20,000 nt of DNA from Chiloscyllium plagiosum (taxonomy: Eukaryota), in contig NC_057759.1 of the NCBI RefSeq assembly GCF_004010195.1, forward strand, positions 2,812,267 to 2,832,266. Reading direction: 5' to 3'. The notes beneath the pieces are model-generated. The model did not search any database. It saw only the letters and a program-made list of their open reading frames with translations, and was not told the DNA's origin. Position numbers and translations under genes: made by a program. Position 1 is the first letter of the stretch. Each line of letters starts with the position of its first letter. Below, one piece after another: positions 10,292 through 20,000 of this stretch.

Positions 10292-10892
10292 CTCAATAAA
10301 CAGCGTAAAATCAGAATATCCAATCAACAACATGGATTTTTTCTTCATTGTTTGCAAACTGATGGTCGCGATTTCCAGCATTATAACAACGACATAATTT
10401 CAAAACTGTCTCATTAATAACAAAGATCTATGTAACGCCGATAGCTGTGAAAGGTGCAATGCCCTCGCGGGAACTTCTCATTCTTTCTTCCTCGATTATC
10501 ACTGCCTATAATGTAAGAGTGTAACACCAGTTTATCAGCGAGTGGTACACCATTCCCTGCCACGATCTCCACCAATATTCAAATCATTCATTCCACAAAT
10601 GGTGATCCAATAAATACACTATGCTTTCAAAAAAATGTTGGAAACCAAACATTGCAGTGTTAATTTCTTGTATTTCAGACAAAACAATTTGCTGAATTTG
10701 CAGAAAAGAATGATGGGGATTGAGTTTAATTGCTTTCAAGGAAGCACTTTTTGGGAGGCAACAATAAAATCCGGAATCTGCCTGCTACCGTCAGTACTTT
10801 TTAGCACTGACAGTAAGGGCGAATTCAGATTATTAAACCGGTTGTTTTCTTGGTTCAGTTATTCTTTGTTTTTTTTCTTCCGCATTGTTTCA

Positions 10893-12616
10893 TTGATTAA
10901 AGGCAGTCAACACGGCTTTGTGAGAGGCAGGTCATGCCTCACAAACCTTATCGAGTTCTTTCAGGATGTGACTAGAAAAGTTGATGAGGGTCGAGCTGTG
11001 AATGTGGTGTATATGGACTTCAGCAAGGCATTTGATAAGGTTCCCCATGGTAGGCTCATTCAGAAGGTCAGGAGGAATGGGATACAGGGGACCTTAGCTG
11101 TCTGGATACATAATTGGCTGGCCAACAGAAGACAGCGAGTGGTAGTAGAAGGAAAATATTCTGCCTGGAAGTCAGTGGTGAGTGGTGTTCCACAGGGCTC
11201 TGTCCCTGGGTCTCTACTGTTTGTAATTTTTATTAATGATTTGGATGAGGGGATTGAAGGATGGGTCAGCAAGTTTGCAAATGACACAAAGGTTGGAGGT
11301 GTCGTTGACAGTATAGAAGGCTGTTGTAGGCTGCAGCGGGACATTGACAGGATGCAGAGATGGGCTGAGAGGTGGCAGATGGAGTTCAACCTGGATAAAT
11401 GCGAGGTGATGCAGTTTGGAAGGTCGAATTTGAAAGCTGAGTACAGGACTAAGGATAAGATTCTTGGCAGTGTGGAGGANNNNNNNNNNNNNNNNNNNNN
11501 NNNNNNNNNNNNNNNNNNNNNNNNNNNNNNNNNNNNNNNNNNNNNNNNNNNNNNNNNNNNNNNNNNNNNNNNNNNNNNNNNNNNNNNNNNNNNNNNNNNN
11601 NNNNNNNNNNNNNNNNNNNNNNNNNNNNNNNNNNNNNNNNNNNNNNNNNNNNNNNNNNNNNNNNNNNNNNNNNNNNNNNNNNNNNNNNNNNNNNNNNNNN
11701 NNNNNNNNNNNNNNNNNNNNNNNNNNNNNNNNNNNNNNNNNNNNNNNNNNNNNNNNNNNNNNNNNNNNNNNNNNNNNNNNNNNNNNNNNNNNNNNNNNNN
11801 NNNNNNNNNNNNNNNNNNNNNNNNNNNNNNNNNNNNNNNNNNNNNNNNNNNNNNNNNNNNNNNNNNNNNNNNNNNNAATTTGAAAGCTGAGTACAGGGTT
11901 AAGGATAGGATTCTTGGCAGTGTGGAGGAACAGAGGGATCTTGGTGTGCAGGTACATAGATCCCTTAAAATGGTCACCCAAGTGGACAGGGTTGTTAAGA
12001 AAGCATATGGTGTTTTGGCTTTCATTAACAGGGGGATTGAGTTTAAGAGTCGTGAAATCTTGTTGCAGCTCTATAAAACTTTGGTGAGACCGTACTTGGA
12101 ATACTGCGTCCATTTCTGGTTGCCCTATTATAGGAAAGATGTGGATGCTTTGGAGAGGGTTCAGAGGAGGTTTACCAGGATGCTGCCTGGACTGGAGGGC
12201 TTATCTTATGAAGAGAGGTTGACTGAGCTCGGACTTTTTTCATTGGAGAAAAGGAGGAGGAGAGGGGCCCTAATTGAGGTATACAAGATAATGAGAGGCA
12301 TAGAAAAAGTCGATAGCCAGAGACTATTTCCCAGGGCAGAAATGACTAACACGAGAGGTCATAGTTTTAAGCTAGTTGGAGGAAAGTAAAGAGGGGATGT
12401 CAGAGGCGGGTTCTTTACACAGAGAGTTTTGAGAGCATGGAATGCGTTGCCAGCTGCAGGTGTGGAAGCAAGGTCATTGGGGACATTTAAGAGACTGTTG
12501 GACATGCATATGGTCACAGAAATTTGAGGGTGCATACATGAGGATCAGTGGTCGGCACAACATCGTGGGCTGAAGGGCCTGTTCTGTGCTGTACTGTTCT
12601 ATGTTCTATGTTCTAT
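10893..12616 (+). mobile_element. Young 5'-truncated CR1 LINE (RT domain to 3' tail), inactive
   Basis: SQHGF..GRSCLTNL, YMDFSKAFDKVPH, SGVPQGSV and KFANDTK (FADD mutated). There is a premature stop at 12387-12389 and a (tgttcta)n tail ending at 12616. Confidence 0.97.
11480..11876. other. Assembly gap (397 N) inside CR1
   Basis: Run of N; the two flanks overlap in sequence. Confidence 1.
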
Positions 12617-13224
12617 TAAATTGTAGGTTCTCATTTAATTACTAATCGAGACGTCACAAGGCATTATTGTAAATTGTTTTTGCAGAAATACTCATTTGGA
12701 ATAGAAGTCTGTTCAGAAAAAGGCATGGGCCATATCACTTACTCATGTTATGGATCAGGCCAGAACCCGTCAAAACATTTCAAGAAAGTAACTTAGGGCC
12801 CAACTTTGCTCGTTGTTTTAAGCAGGTGTAGAGTGGATGTTCCAGGAGTGATGCAGCTGGCCAAACCACTTAGTTTTAAATGAATCAGAATTTATTTGCT
12901 CATTTACTGAAAGAAACATAGACACAAGAGAACAGAATATAGTCTAACTCAACTATTTAAAAACTCAACACACTACCCCAATTTATTGATGTTGTTCCAA
13001 ATTCCTGCAACAATCCCATAAGCACCCTTTGGCAAGAAAGGTTCAACCAAACATAGACTATTACAGGAGAGTGAGATGTCAGAGCAATTGCATGGAACAC
13101 CTTCTTCCGTGTAGCACTTTCTTTTGGATCCAAAGCTAACAAGTGAGCAGCAGCTCTGAGCAGTCAGATTGCAAAAACAAAATCAAAACAATCCAAACCA
13201 GAGAAAAGCTGAGCTTGGAGAAGT

Positions 13225-13458
13225 GGCGATCCACAAACTCCATCAACAAACACATCGACCTGGGCCCAATATACCGGCCACTACAGCGGACAGCTGAAAC
13301 TGACAACCGGAAGCGGCAGGGACAGGCCACTATAAATGCCGGAGGAAACACCACAGAAGCGCTTCACAGGAGGCTCCCAAGCACTGAGGATGTCACCTAG
13401 ACAGGGGACGAAACGTTTGCAACAGAAACTTCCAGCTCGGCGAACAGAACCACAGCAA
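13225..13458 (+). mobile_element. Penelope (Poseidon-type) 3' end/pseudo-LTR
   Basis: ORF end W.STNSINKHIDLGPIYRPL, typical of PLE C-termini, followed by tataaa and a hammerhead motif. Confidence 0.85.
13381..13420 (+). ncRNA. Minimal type I hammerhead ribozyme motif of the Penelope element
   Basis: gca-CTGAGGA-t-gtcacct(agac)aggggac-GAAA-c-GTT-tgc: both core boxes are present, with stem II (6 of 7 pairs), stem I gca/tgc and a palindromic AACGTT in place of stem III. Confidence 0.75.
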
Positions 13459-13698
13459 ACTCAGACATTTCAGAATCTAAGCGTTTACGACCCCTCTGAA
13501 AAAGGACAACCTAAAACTGTTAACAAAGCAGCATCGTCACACTTAGAACAGATAACGTTACGTATGTATTAGATAAAAGAGTAATTGCTCCAACTAGTCA
13601 GCAAAGCAGAACAACTTTAGTTTTGAAAACAAAAACAGCTTCCCAGAAAATACCACATTCGAAGTATTTCATAAAAGGAAACTTATGAAGAATGTTAC

Positions 13699-14710
13699 AA
13701 AATAATGGATTATGGCTGATGCCTGTTCCAGTTAAAGAAATTCCCTACGTGACGAAAAAACTATTATGTATGCACCTGGTCGGACAGGGCGGTCCACATG
13801 ATTGGATATTATCACACCGTTTCAAGGGGAAATAAACGTTCAAAAGGCACATGGAAGTGGACATGACGCACCAAGATAGAGGAAAATGTGTATGTATTAG
13901 AATAACTGACAGACGTGGGGTCCGCATGAAAAAAAAGGATCGGTTGTCATTTTGTTTGACATGATGAGGTGGCCTGTTGTCATCTCATTGTAACTCGTTA
14001 AAAGGATTTCCCCGCTACCAATGCACAGACAAACGTTCGAAAGGTTACACAGTAGACATGGGGGCTTACACATAAGTATTAAAATTTGTTATTCCGCTCT
14101 GAAGTATGAACAAAAAAGCTATCATCAATTACTGCGAAGCACAATTCTGGTTCAGGAATGCTCTATAATCAAGGCAACCTGCCATCCTGCGTACAAGTGA
14201 TTGCTGACCAACCTCAATCTAATTGAAGGTAGATATCCACGTGAAAAGGGTTAGGATGGCATTGAATCGATGGGCAATTAGATATGGGTCATAATCCTAA
14301 CTTTAACAGCGACACCGACATACCAGGGGGAAGTGATGGTAAACAATTAGAGGGAAAGTTGACAAAAAAATCGTCACAGAAATTGTGCTTTGTGCTTTAT
14401 TTTAGTCAGAAACAACTAATTCAGAGATAGTGAGCATAAATTGTTTAACAGCTGTTTAAATACTTAATTAGTTGTGGATTAGAAACAATAAATGTAAAAT
14501 ATCCGGCTAATATCTGCTAAGAATTCTAATTTTGTTGAATGTTCAGAAGCAATTAGTCCCTTCCATGACGTATTCCTGCGAATCCAGTTTACATCATTTT
14601 ACGTCCCAGCCAACGAAGTTAGGTGACGCACAATTACCTTGTCCACTTTTTTTCCAAATGTGTAATCTGAATGGGTAACAGAAACCGCCTTTGACACTTC
14701 TTAATATGTC
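13699..14710 (-). CDS. Further candidate upstream exons of the minus-strand gene
   Basis: 14098-14070 (ttcag/gtaagc), 13905-13818 (gtcag/gtgtga) and 13744 onward (cgtag) join in frame: SGITNFNTYVYSNTYTFSSILVRHVHFHVPFERLFPLETGISLTGTGISHNPLF. 14710-14638 (ttgcag/gtaatt) has two open frames, but its linkage is unresolved. Confidence 0.35.
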
Positions 14711-15255
14711 CTGCAAGGTTGTTATGTTTTCTGACCTAAGGACAAGATTGTACATTGTGTTGAAGATCTGGAGTGAGACCAAAGAAATATGTCCATGCTT
14801 GTTTCTGTCTGAAAGACACAGATAAGATGGGAGATTGTGACCTTGTCTTGGATTGCGTCAGTGTGGTGAGACATTGGATTTAATTATCGTGGGAGAGACT
14901 GCATGTTGATCTGGAGTGAACTGCTTTTGTCTCCAATAGTTACATTAAAAAAAACTGTTACTTTGTGGGCTGTGGGTCTCGCTGGTCTGCAGTCCCCACT
15001 TTCACGGTAATGACTAACAGTCATTGGATGGCAATCCATCAGGACCGCAACAATTATCGGCTCTGATTCTGCGAGACGGAGAAAAGTATTTTGGTTCCTG
15101 TTTTAACACGTTTTCAGCATCATAGGACTGGATGAGAGAGCCTAATGTTGCAGCGCACTGAGTGTGGAGCCTGAAACAGTTATATGGCCTGGAAACAGGA
15201 ATTCACGGCGGCACGGCCTGTACACACGTGTGTGTGTGCGGCTGAAGCTACTGTC

Positions 15256-15980
15256 ATGGAGAAACCCGAGGAATTCCGACCCATGGACAAACCGTGGAAG
15301 TGTGGCAACTTACCTGCCGTGTCTGCCCTAGAGACTTATGGGTGCAATCACACTAGGGAGAGGCAGTTCCCCTCCACCCAGTGTGTGAAGTGTTTTACCT
15401 GCTTTCCCACTGGCAGATCCGCACCAGGGACTGGCGGTCCTTAATACTCCATGAGTGGGAAGGGCTTCACCATCTCATCCCACCTGCTGTCCCACCAGCA
15501 GGTCCACACAGGGACTGGTGGTCCACTTGCCCCATGAGCAGGAAGGGTTTTACCCACTCCTCCCACCTGCTAGCCCACTGACTGGTCCACACTGGTGAAC
15601 GGCCATTCACCCACTCTGTGTGCGGCAATAGCCTGAACCACTCCTCCCACCACGTGGCCCACAAGCTGGCCCACACCGGGGAGAGGCCGTTTCTCCTGCT
15701 CCAGTTGCAGGAAGGGTTCGCCCAGGCCTCCCTCCTCCAAACACATCAGTGGCTCCACATCAGGGAGACGTCCTTCAGTTGTCCCGAGAATGGGAAGGGC
15801 TTCACCCACTCCTACATCCTGCTGGCCCACCGGCTGGTGCACGCTGGTGAGAGAATGTTCGCCTGCCCCGAGTACTGGCGCTTGTTAGCATTGCCCTGCA
15901 ACTTGCAGAGGCACCAACAGGGGCACCAGCGCTCCCAACAATCGGATTCCACCGGTGATGCTCCTGTGGCTTGCTCCTAG
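15256..15980 (+). pseudogene. Degenerate tandem C2H2 zinc-finger gene (about 8 fingers)
   Basis: MEKPEEFRPMDKPWKCG start and repeated HTGERPF-type linkers (HTRERQF, HTGERPF, HAGERMF), with C..GKGFTHSSHLLAH and CPENGKGFTHSYILLAHRLVH. It has multiple frameshifts, an in-frame TGA at 15579-15581 and lost Cys ligands. Confidence 0.9.
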
Positions 15981-16039
15981 GACTGAACGTTCTGATAGTG
16001 GGTGCAGTTTTTGTTTTCTGTAGGACACCATGGGGATCG

Positions 16040-16396
16040 GGGAGGCACAATGACTCAGTAGATGGCACTGCAGTCTCACAGCACCAGGGACTCAGGTTCG
16101 ATTCCACTCTCAGTCCAACTGTCTGTGTGGAGTATGCATGTTGCCGCCCCCTTGTCTGTGTGGCTTTCCTGCAGGTGCTCTGGTTTTCTCCCACAGTCCA
16201 AAGATGCACAGGTTAGGGTGAATTGGTCAAGCTAAATTGCCCACAGTATTCAGGGATGTTCAGGTGTCGTACATTAGTCATGGATAAATGTAGAGTAATG
16301 GAGTAGCAGAATGGGTCTGGGTGGGTTAATTTCCAGAGAGACAGTGTGGACGTGTTGGGCCAAAGGGCCTGTTTCCACACTGTCAGGATTCTATGT
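16040..16396 (+). mobile_element. HE1-type V-SINE, near full length
   Basis: tRNA-like head (ggttcgattcc B box), central domain, and a CR1-like tail gggccaaagggcctgtttccacactgt..gattctat. Confidence 0.9.
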
Positions 16397-16542
16397 ACTT
16401 TGCTTCCAGTTGGCGCTGCTGCTCTTTGACCCCAGGACTGCACGTCCCCATTGAAAAGATCTGCAGAAACTTGAGACCACAAAACCATCAGAGCAGAAGT
16501 TAGGACATTCGGTCTATCGAGTCTGCTCTGTCATGCATTTGG

Positions 16543-16708
16543 AAACAAAAAGGAAACTGCAGATGTTGGAATCTAAAGTAGGCAGGTGGGAGGCTGGGAA
16601 AACACAGCAAGCCAGGCAGCAGCAGCAGGTGGAGACTTCAGAGTTTCCAGTATCAACTCTTTTTCAGGACTGAAGAAGGGTTCTACCCGAAACGTTGACT
16701 TCTCTATC
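16543..16708. mobile_element. Penelope pseudo-LTR remnant in inverted arrangement
   Basis: Same layout as 8435-8588. The plus arm reads CTGAAGA-a-gggt(tct)accc-GAAA-CGTT-gact at 16670-16700. Confidence 0.75.
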
Positions 16709-16809
16709 AGCAAAGATTTACCACAATGTTGCCAGGGATTGGAGGGTTTGAACTAGAGGGAGAAGTTGAATAATTTGGGTCTTTTCTCACTGGAGCATCA
16801 GAAGCTCCA

Positions 16810-16900
16810 GCGGCACGGTGGTTAGCACTGCTGCCTCAAAGCGCTAGAGACCCATCTTCAATTCCCGCCTCACTCTGTGTGGAGTTTGCACATTCTTCCC
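16810..16900 (+). mobile_element. HE1-type SINE 5' part, cut by the gap
   Basis: gcggcacggtggttagcactgctgcctc...tgtgtggagtttgcacattct. Confidence 0.88.
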
Positions 16901-17280
16901 NNNNNNNNNNNNNNNNNNNNNNNNNNNNNNNNNNNNNNNNNNNNNNNNNNNNNNNNNNNNNNNNNNNNNNNNNNNNNNNNNNNNNNNNNNNNNNNNNNNN
17001 NNNNNNNNNNNNNNNNNNNNNNNNNNNNNNNNNNNNNNNNNNNNNNNNNNNNNNNNNNNNNNNNNNNNNNNNNNNNNNNNNNNNNNNNNNNNNNNNNNNN
17101 NNNNNNNNNNNNNNNNNNNNNNNNNNNNNNNNNNNNNNNNNNNNNNNNNNNNNNNNNNNNNNNNNNNNNNNNNNNNNNNNNNNNNNNNNNNNNNNNNNNN
17201 NNNNNNNNNNNNNNNNNNNNNNNNNNNNNNNNNNNNNNNNNNNNNNNNNNNNNNNNNNNNNNNNNNNNNNNNNNNNNNNN
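16901..17280. other. Assembly gap (380 N)
   Basis: Run of N. Confidence 1.
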
Positions 17281-17384
17281 CTGGCAAATGGAACTAGATT
17301 AGGTTAGGATATCTAGTTGGGATGGGTGAGTTAGATCAAAGGTCTGTTTCCATACTAAACATCTCCCTGACTCTATGATTTTAC

Positions 17385-17497
17385 CACCATTCCAGCATCA
17401 CTGAAAAGTTTCTCAACCCCACTCTCTTGCTTTCTCCTTGTAACCTTTGATCCGCAATCAAGAACCTATCCGCCTCCATCTTCAATGCACTCAATGT
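17385..17497 (-). mobile_element. Short CR1 3' fragment (different subfamily)
   Basis: The reverse complement cattgagtgcattgaagatggaggcggataggttcttgatt..atcaaaggttacaaggagaaagcaagagagtggggttgag resembles a CR1 ORF2 end (..FK.E.DRFLI...KGY.EKA.EWG). Confidence 0.6.
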
Positions 17498-17536
17498 GTC
17501 TTGCCTTGTCCAGGGCTGGCAGCTGGTTGGTTGTTC

Positions 17537-17655
17537 GGCTTTTGCCCGAAATGTTGATTTTCCTGCACCTCAGATGTGTCTTGACCTGCTGTGCTTTTCC
17601 AGCGCCACTCTAATCTTGACTCTAATCTCCAGCATCTGCAGTACACCTTATTGCG
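17537..17655 (+). mobile_element. Penelope terminal fragment
   Basis: ggcttttgcccgaaatgttgattttcctgc...ccagcatctgcagt is homologous to 6228-6335. Confidence 0.8.
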
Positions 17656-17798
17656 TTAGTCATTCGAGAGAGGACTGTTTTTAAGCAGCCAGCCACAGAT
17701 AATGTTAATTCTCTTTTTAAACAAAGAGAGGAAAATTCCTGCTGACCGGCTGCTTCAGATTTTGAAAGTTTTAGCAACCGGCTGTTTGACTCTAGTAT

Positions 17799-18098
17799 TT
17801 TTCTATCCAGTTAAAGAATTCTTGTCTCTTTCTGGAAATGAGTCCAGGTTGTAAGAAATAGACGTCCATTCACATTCAGCAATGACTTCGGAGTTTGATA
17901 TAGAGTTATTTGATATAGAGTTACCAAATAACTCTATTGGTAAATAATAGAGTTATTTACCAATTCAAAACTGTTTCATTGAATTGGTTTTCTATCCAGT
18001 TAAAGAATTCTTGTCTCTTTCTGGAAATGAGTCCAGGTTGTAAGAAATAGACGTCCATTCACATTCAGCAATGACTTCGGAGTTTGATATAGAGTTAT
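17799..18098. repeat. 111-bp direct duplication with 78-bp patchwork spacer
   Basis: 17799-17909 is identical to 17988-18098. Confidence 0.95.
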
Positions 18099-18585
18099 GT
18101 GCCTACAAACAACTTCTCATCCAAGGATTGCCAAAAGACTTGGCAATCCATTTTTGGAAACTGTTTCATTGAATTGGTAATTCTTTGTTTTTACTTTTTC
18201 TTTTAATTTGCCCCTTAAGTCTCTGTTTATGAGACAGTGGGGGACATGATCAAAATGCTGAAATCGTTGCAACTAAAACATTCAGATATCAAGAGAGAGT
18301 ATGCAATGGAATGATGAACTAGTCGTCCTTACTGATTGAGACTGGGAGGGGATAAATGCTAATGCATTTTCAATTTTGGCTTCAAGAGAATATTTGCAAG
18401 CGATTAATTATACACATTTGTTTTGAACTCTTCTTAAAAGTTCTGTTTGTGTCTGTTTCAGATCTCCAGCATCTATCCACTGCTCTTTGTCCTGTTTTAT
18501 TTTGCGACCTTGGGGAGGATTCATATGAAAATGGCACAAAAGCTAGTTCAAAGGACAAATAAACTTCCTTCAGTTGGATAGATAC

Positions 18586-18891
18586 GAAATGATGGAATTT
18601 CTCCTTTATGAAGAAATCCAGTTTGACAGGATGTTGCTCGGTGCTACTCAACACCACAATGTTCTAAAAAGTGCATAGAGATTTGCACAATTTCCATTTG
18701 GGGGCGTTCCTAAAATCGTGATTACAAACTGAATGTCGGAAATGATGGAATTTCTCCTTTATGAAGAAATCCAGTTTGACAGGATGTTGCTCGGTGCTAC
18801 TCAACACCACAATGTTCTAAAAAGTGCATAGAGATTTGCACAATTTCCATTTGGGGGCGTTCCTAAAATCGTGATTACAAACTGAATGTCG
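18586..18891. repeat. Exact 153-bp tandem duplication
   Basis: 18586-18738 is identical to 18739-18891. Confidence 0.95.
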
Positions 18892-19649
18892 AAGATGGAA
18901 ATGAGTTAGCTTTTTCTTCACTCTGCAATAAGTTAGGAATTGGAATGTTCTCCTTTTGCATGTCTCTACTGCACTTAATAACTTGACTTCCACAGTTCGC
19001 TGCAGCAAAAGCATTCCATCCAGCCGAAGAAATTCCTGCTCATCTCCACTCTATAAGATTTGTCCTTTCACACGGAAAAAATGCTGGAGACAGTCAATAG
19101 GTCTGACAAAATCAGAGTGATGGTCAGTGCTTGCCATGTGCAACGTGAATGTGACACGCCATTTGTCTTCCCAATCCTGGATATTATCTACATCTCGTTA
19201 CGTTTGAACATGGTCTGCTTCAGTGTCTGAGCAGTGGTGGTTGGTGCTGAAAATTGTGCAATCATGGCCAACATCCCACAAGCGTGAAGCCGCCGAGTTG
19301 AATGCATTGAAAAACCTGCAACATGCATAATTTGGCCAGTGTTCCGATGATTGAAATGGAAGGTAACAGGGAGCTACTTTACTCAGATGAAATGATATGA
19401 TGTTGAAATGTTATTAAAATAAGATAGACATGGGTGAGATGTAAAAAAAAATGCGTTCAGTTTATACTTAACGTGTGAGAACAGAATTAATCTTCGATTA
19501 TCTCGGAGCACTTTTTGACAACTGCAATTCTACATCCAATATCCCACAATTCTGGCCATTATCACTGAAACAAAACCAGGCATCAATAATTAAGAAGGTT
19601 CTGGGAGAATATGGTTTTCCAACACACTTCACACTGTACATGACATTTT

Positions 19650-19725
19650 AACTGCAGTTGAACAAGGCAGCGCACCACCACCCTCATAAGGGCAACTGGG
19701 GATGGGTAATAATTGCTGGCCAGGA
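19650..19725 (+). mobile_element. LINE/SINE 3' tail fragment
   Basis: ctgcagttgaacaaggcagcgcaccaccaccctcataagggcaactggggatgggtaataattgctggcc is related to 3690-3790. Confidence 0.6.
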
Positions 19726-20000
19726 GTAAATTAAAACAAAATCCAGATGCCTCAGGTAAATGGATAAACACAGTAACATGTGGAATACGCAATCAGCTTT
19801 TCTTCTTCCAAGTAAACACTTTGTTCCTTAAAAGTATAGTACCACATTATACAGCATCTCAAAATTGACAACTCACGATAGTGTATCGTGAATATTATCC
19901 TTTGAATGTGATTCACATAAACCTTATGTATATTAAGCATTCCAATTTCATTTCCAGTCTGTATTTGTGATCTTCGACCCTTAGGCATCAGAGCAGAGAT

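Larger units (their letters stand above)
12746..13541. mobile_element. Probable solo LTR (TG...CA) with nested Penelope fragment
   Basis: Begins TGTTAT and ends GTCACA (imperfect terminal inverted repeat). Flanked by ctca/ctta, a 4-bp TSD with one mismatch. No coding capacity. Confidence 0.6.
16710..17380 (+). mobile_element. CR1 fragment interrupted by an HE1 SINE and a gap
   Basis: RFT.MLPG.EGLN*REKLNNLGLFSLEHQKL at 16712-16806; CR1 3' tail at 17281-17380. Confidence 0.75.

Noticed and set aside
10635..12389. 584-aa ORF as a host gene
   Set aside because: It is CR1 RT (with FADD mutated to FAND) extended by chance upstream read-through and by N-gap padding.
17799..18891. CRISPR-like or satellite array
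   Set aside because: Only two-copy duplications of more than 100 bp in vertebrate DNA, with no repeat-spacer periodicity.

Overview
Repeat-rich vertebrate genomic DNA, most likely from a cartilaginous fish (inferred from HE1-type V-SINEs, shark-type CR1 LINEs and Penelope elements). There are three assembly gaps (769-1268, 11480-11876, 16901-17280). Much of the window is decayed mobile elements: CR1 LINE fragments of several ages, HE1 SINEs, a fragmented Gypsy pol interrupted by a CR1, a solo LTR, and Penelope-like GIY-YIG fragments whose termini carry minimal hammerhead-ribozyme motifs. A degenerate C2H2 zinc-finger gene lies at about 15.0-16.0 kb (+). The non-repeat islands carry a run of small minus-strand AG/GT-bounded segments (6.5-10.3 kb, 13.5-14.7 kb, 18.6-20 kb). 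These can be spliced into a stop-free frame of a protein I cannot identify. That hand-built gene model is the most interesting element here but is only moderately supported. Local oddities are a 111-bp duplication with a templated patchwork junction, an exact 153-bp tandem duplication, and a probably spurious gap inside a young CR1. No prokaryotic-type system is present.
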